A stretch of DNA of 64,000 bases. Origin: Octopus vulgaris (taxonomy: Eukaryota). Positions 63,201 to 64,000 of this stretch are shown here, one piece after another. The first letter of the stretch is position 1. The number at the start of each line of letters is the position of its first letter. The position numbers and the translations under genes were made by a program. The notes beneath the pieces are model-generated. The model saw only the letters and a program-made list of their open reading frames with translations, did no database searches and was not told where the DNA came from. The stretch lies in NCBI GenBank assembly GCA_951406725.2, contig OX597827.1, forward strand, positions 33,170,001-33,234,000, written 5' to 3'.

Positions 63201-64000
63201 GAGAGAGAGAAAATCAACAAAAGAGAAGAAATAGGACAAAATAGAGGAGGAAGAAGAGAAAGAGAGAGATGCAGCAATAGACATGATGTAATGAACAAAA
63301 GCCAATGTAAATGATGATGATGGTGGTGATGGTATAACTAGGAAAGATGAATGATGTTGCTAGTCTCAAGCCAAGCCTGACTGAGCAGACCTCCAATGGA
63401 GCAAAAGACAATCAAGCCATGACCATCCTCTTCTTTACTTGGGCATTACATATTTCAAATGATCCTACCCAGTGCTTTGCTCTGTTTCCAAGATGGTAAT
63501 GTGTGATTTGAAAGAGAGATTTTGCTGCTACTTTGAGCAGGCATGGGCAAGCTGTTTTGAGAAGCTGTCCATGTGAGACCAAACCCATCACTGGGCTGGC
63601 CACACTGCTAAAAACAAACCGAAGCTACTTTTTCATTAGGCATGTTATTCAGAAAGTCCCACAGGTTGCAGGTTTATACTGACTAGTATAAAGGTTCTCT
63701 CAACACACAGGAGGACGTACACACATTTTTCTGTGTGGTTCAGAGAGTGACATAGCTGGAAGAGAGAGAGAGAGAGATTGTAGTCATTAGTTGTGGAGTG
63801 GAGCATATATTAAATTGGTAATAAGTGGGTAGCTGGGTGGGAAGGCAGATGTGTGGGACTGGAGCAAAGGAAGATCAGAGGATGTGGAATACCTGTCAAA
63901 GAAAAGAAACGAGAGAGAGAGGAATCAGCACTGAGGAAGGATTAGAAGAAAATGGCAACAATGAAAACTGAAAGGAAAAAAATAAATAACAAAAATATAG

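Overview
This is AT-rich, repeat-dense eukaryotic DNA with spliceosomal introns. The SINE families and microsatellite load suggest an octopus or other cephalopod genome (inference only). I can support three genes. One is a complete 7-coding-exon cathepsin L-like cysteine protease on + (3275-14160, 338 aa, all GT-AG junctions in phase). The other two are diverged tandem paralogs on - (16209-16938 and 32348-33061), each with one ZNF474-like CX2CX11HX3C zinc finger and a shared C-terminal domain I do not recognise. The rest is mostly transposon-derived: tRNA-type SINEs, RTE and CR1 LINE pieces, a Penelope-like GIY-YIG fragment, Gypsy remnants, a young 1036-bp gag-only LTR element with identical LTRs, Tc1 and mariner remnants, hAT and 8-bp-TSD MITEs, and a Helitron. 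The most notable hidden structure is a set of at least five sequence-distinct type I hammerhead ribozyme motifs. They lie in short, often palindromic, Penelope-like non-autonomous elements bordered by (TA)n/(ATT)n microsatellites. One sits behind a tRNA-derived Pol III head and one has a variant CUGUCGA core. All coordinates were read by eye, repeat boundaries are approximate, and no database search was run.
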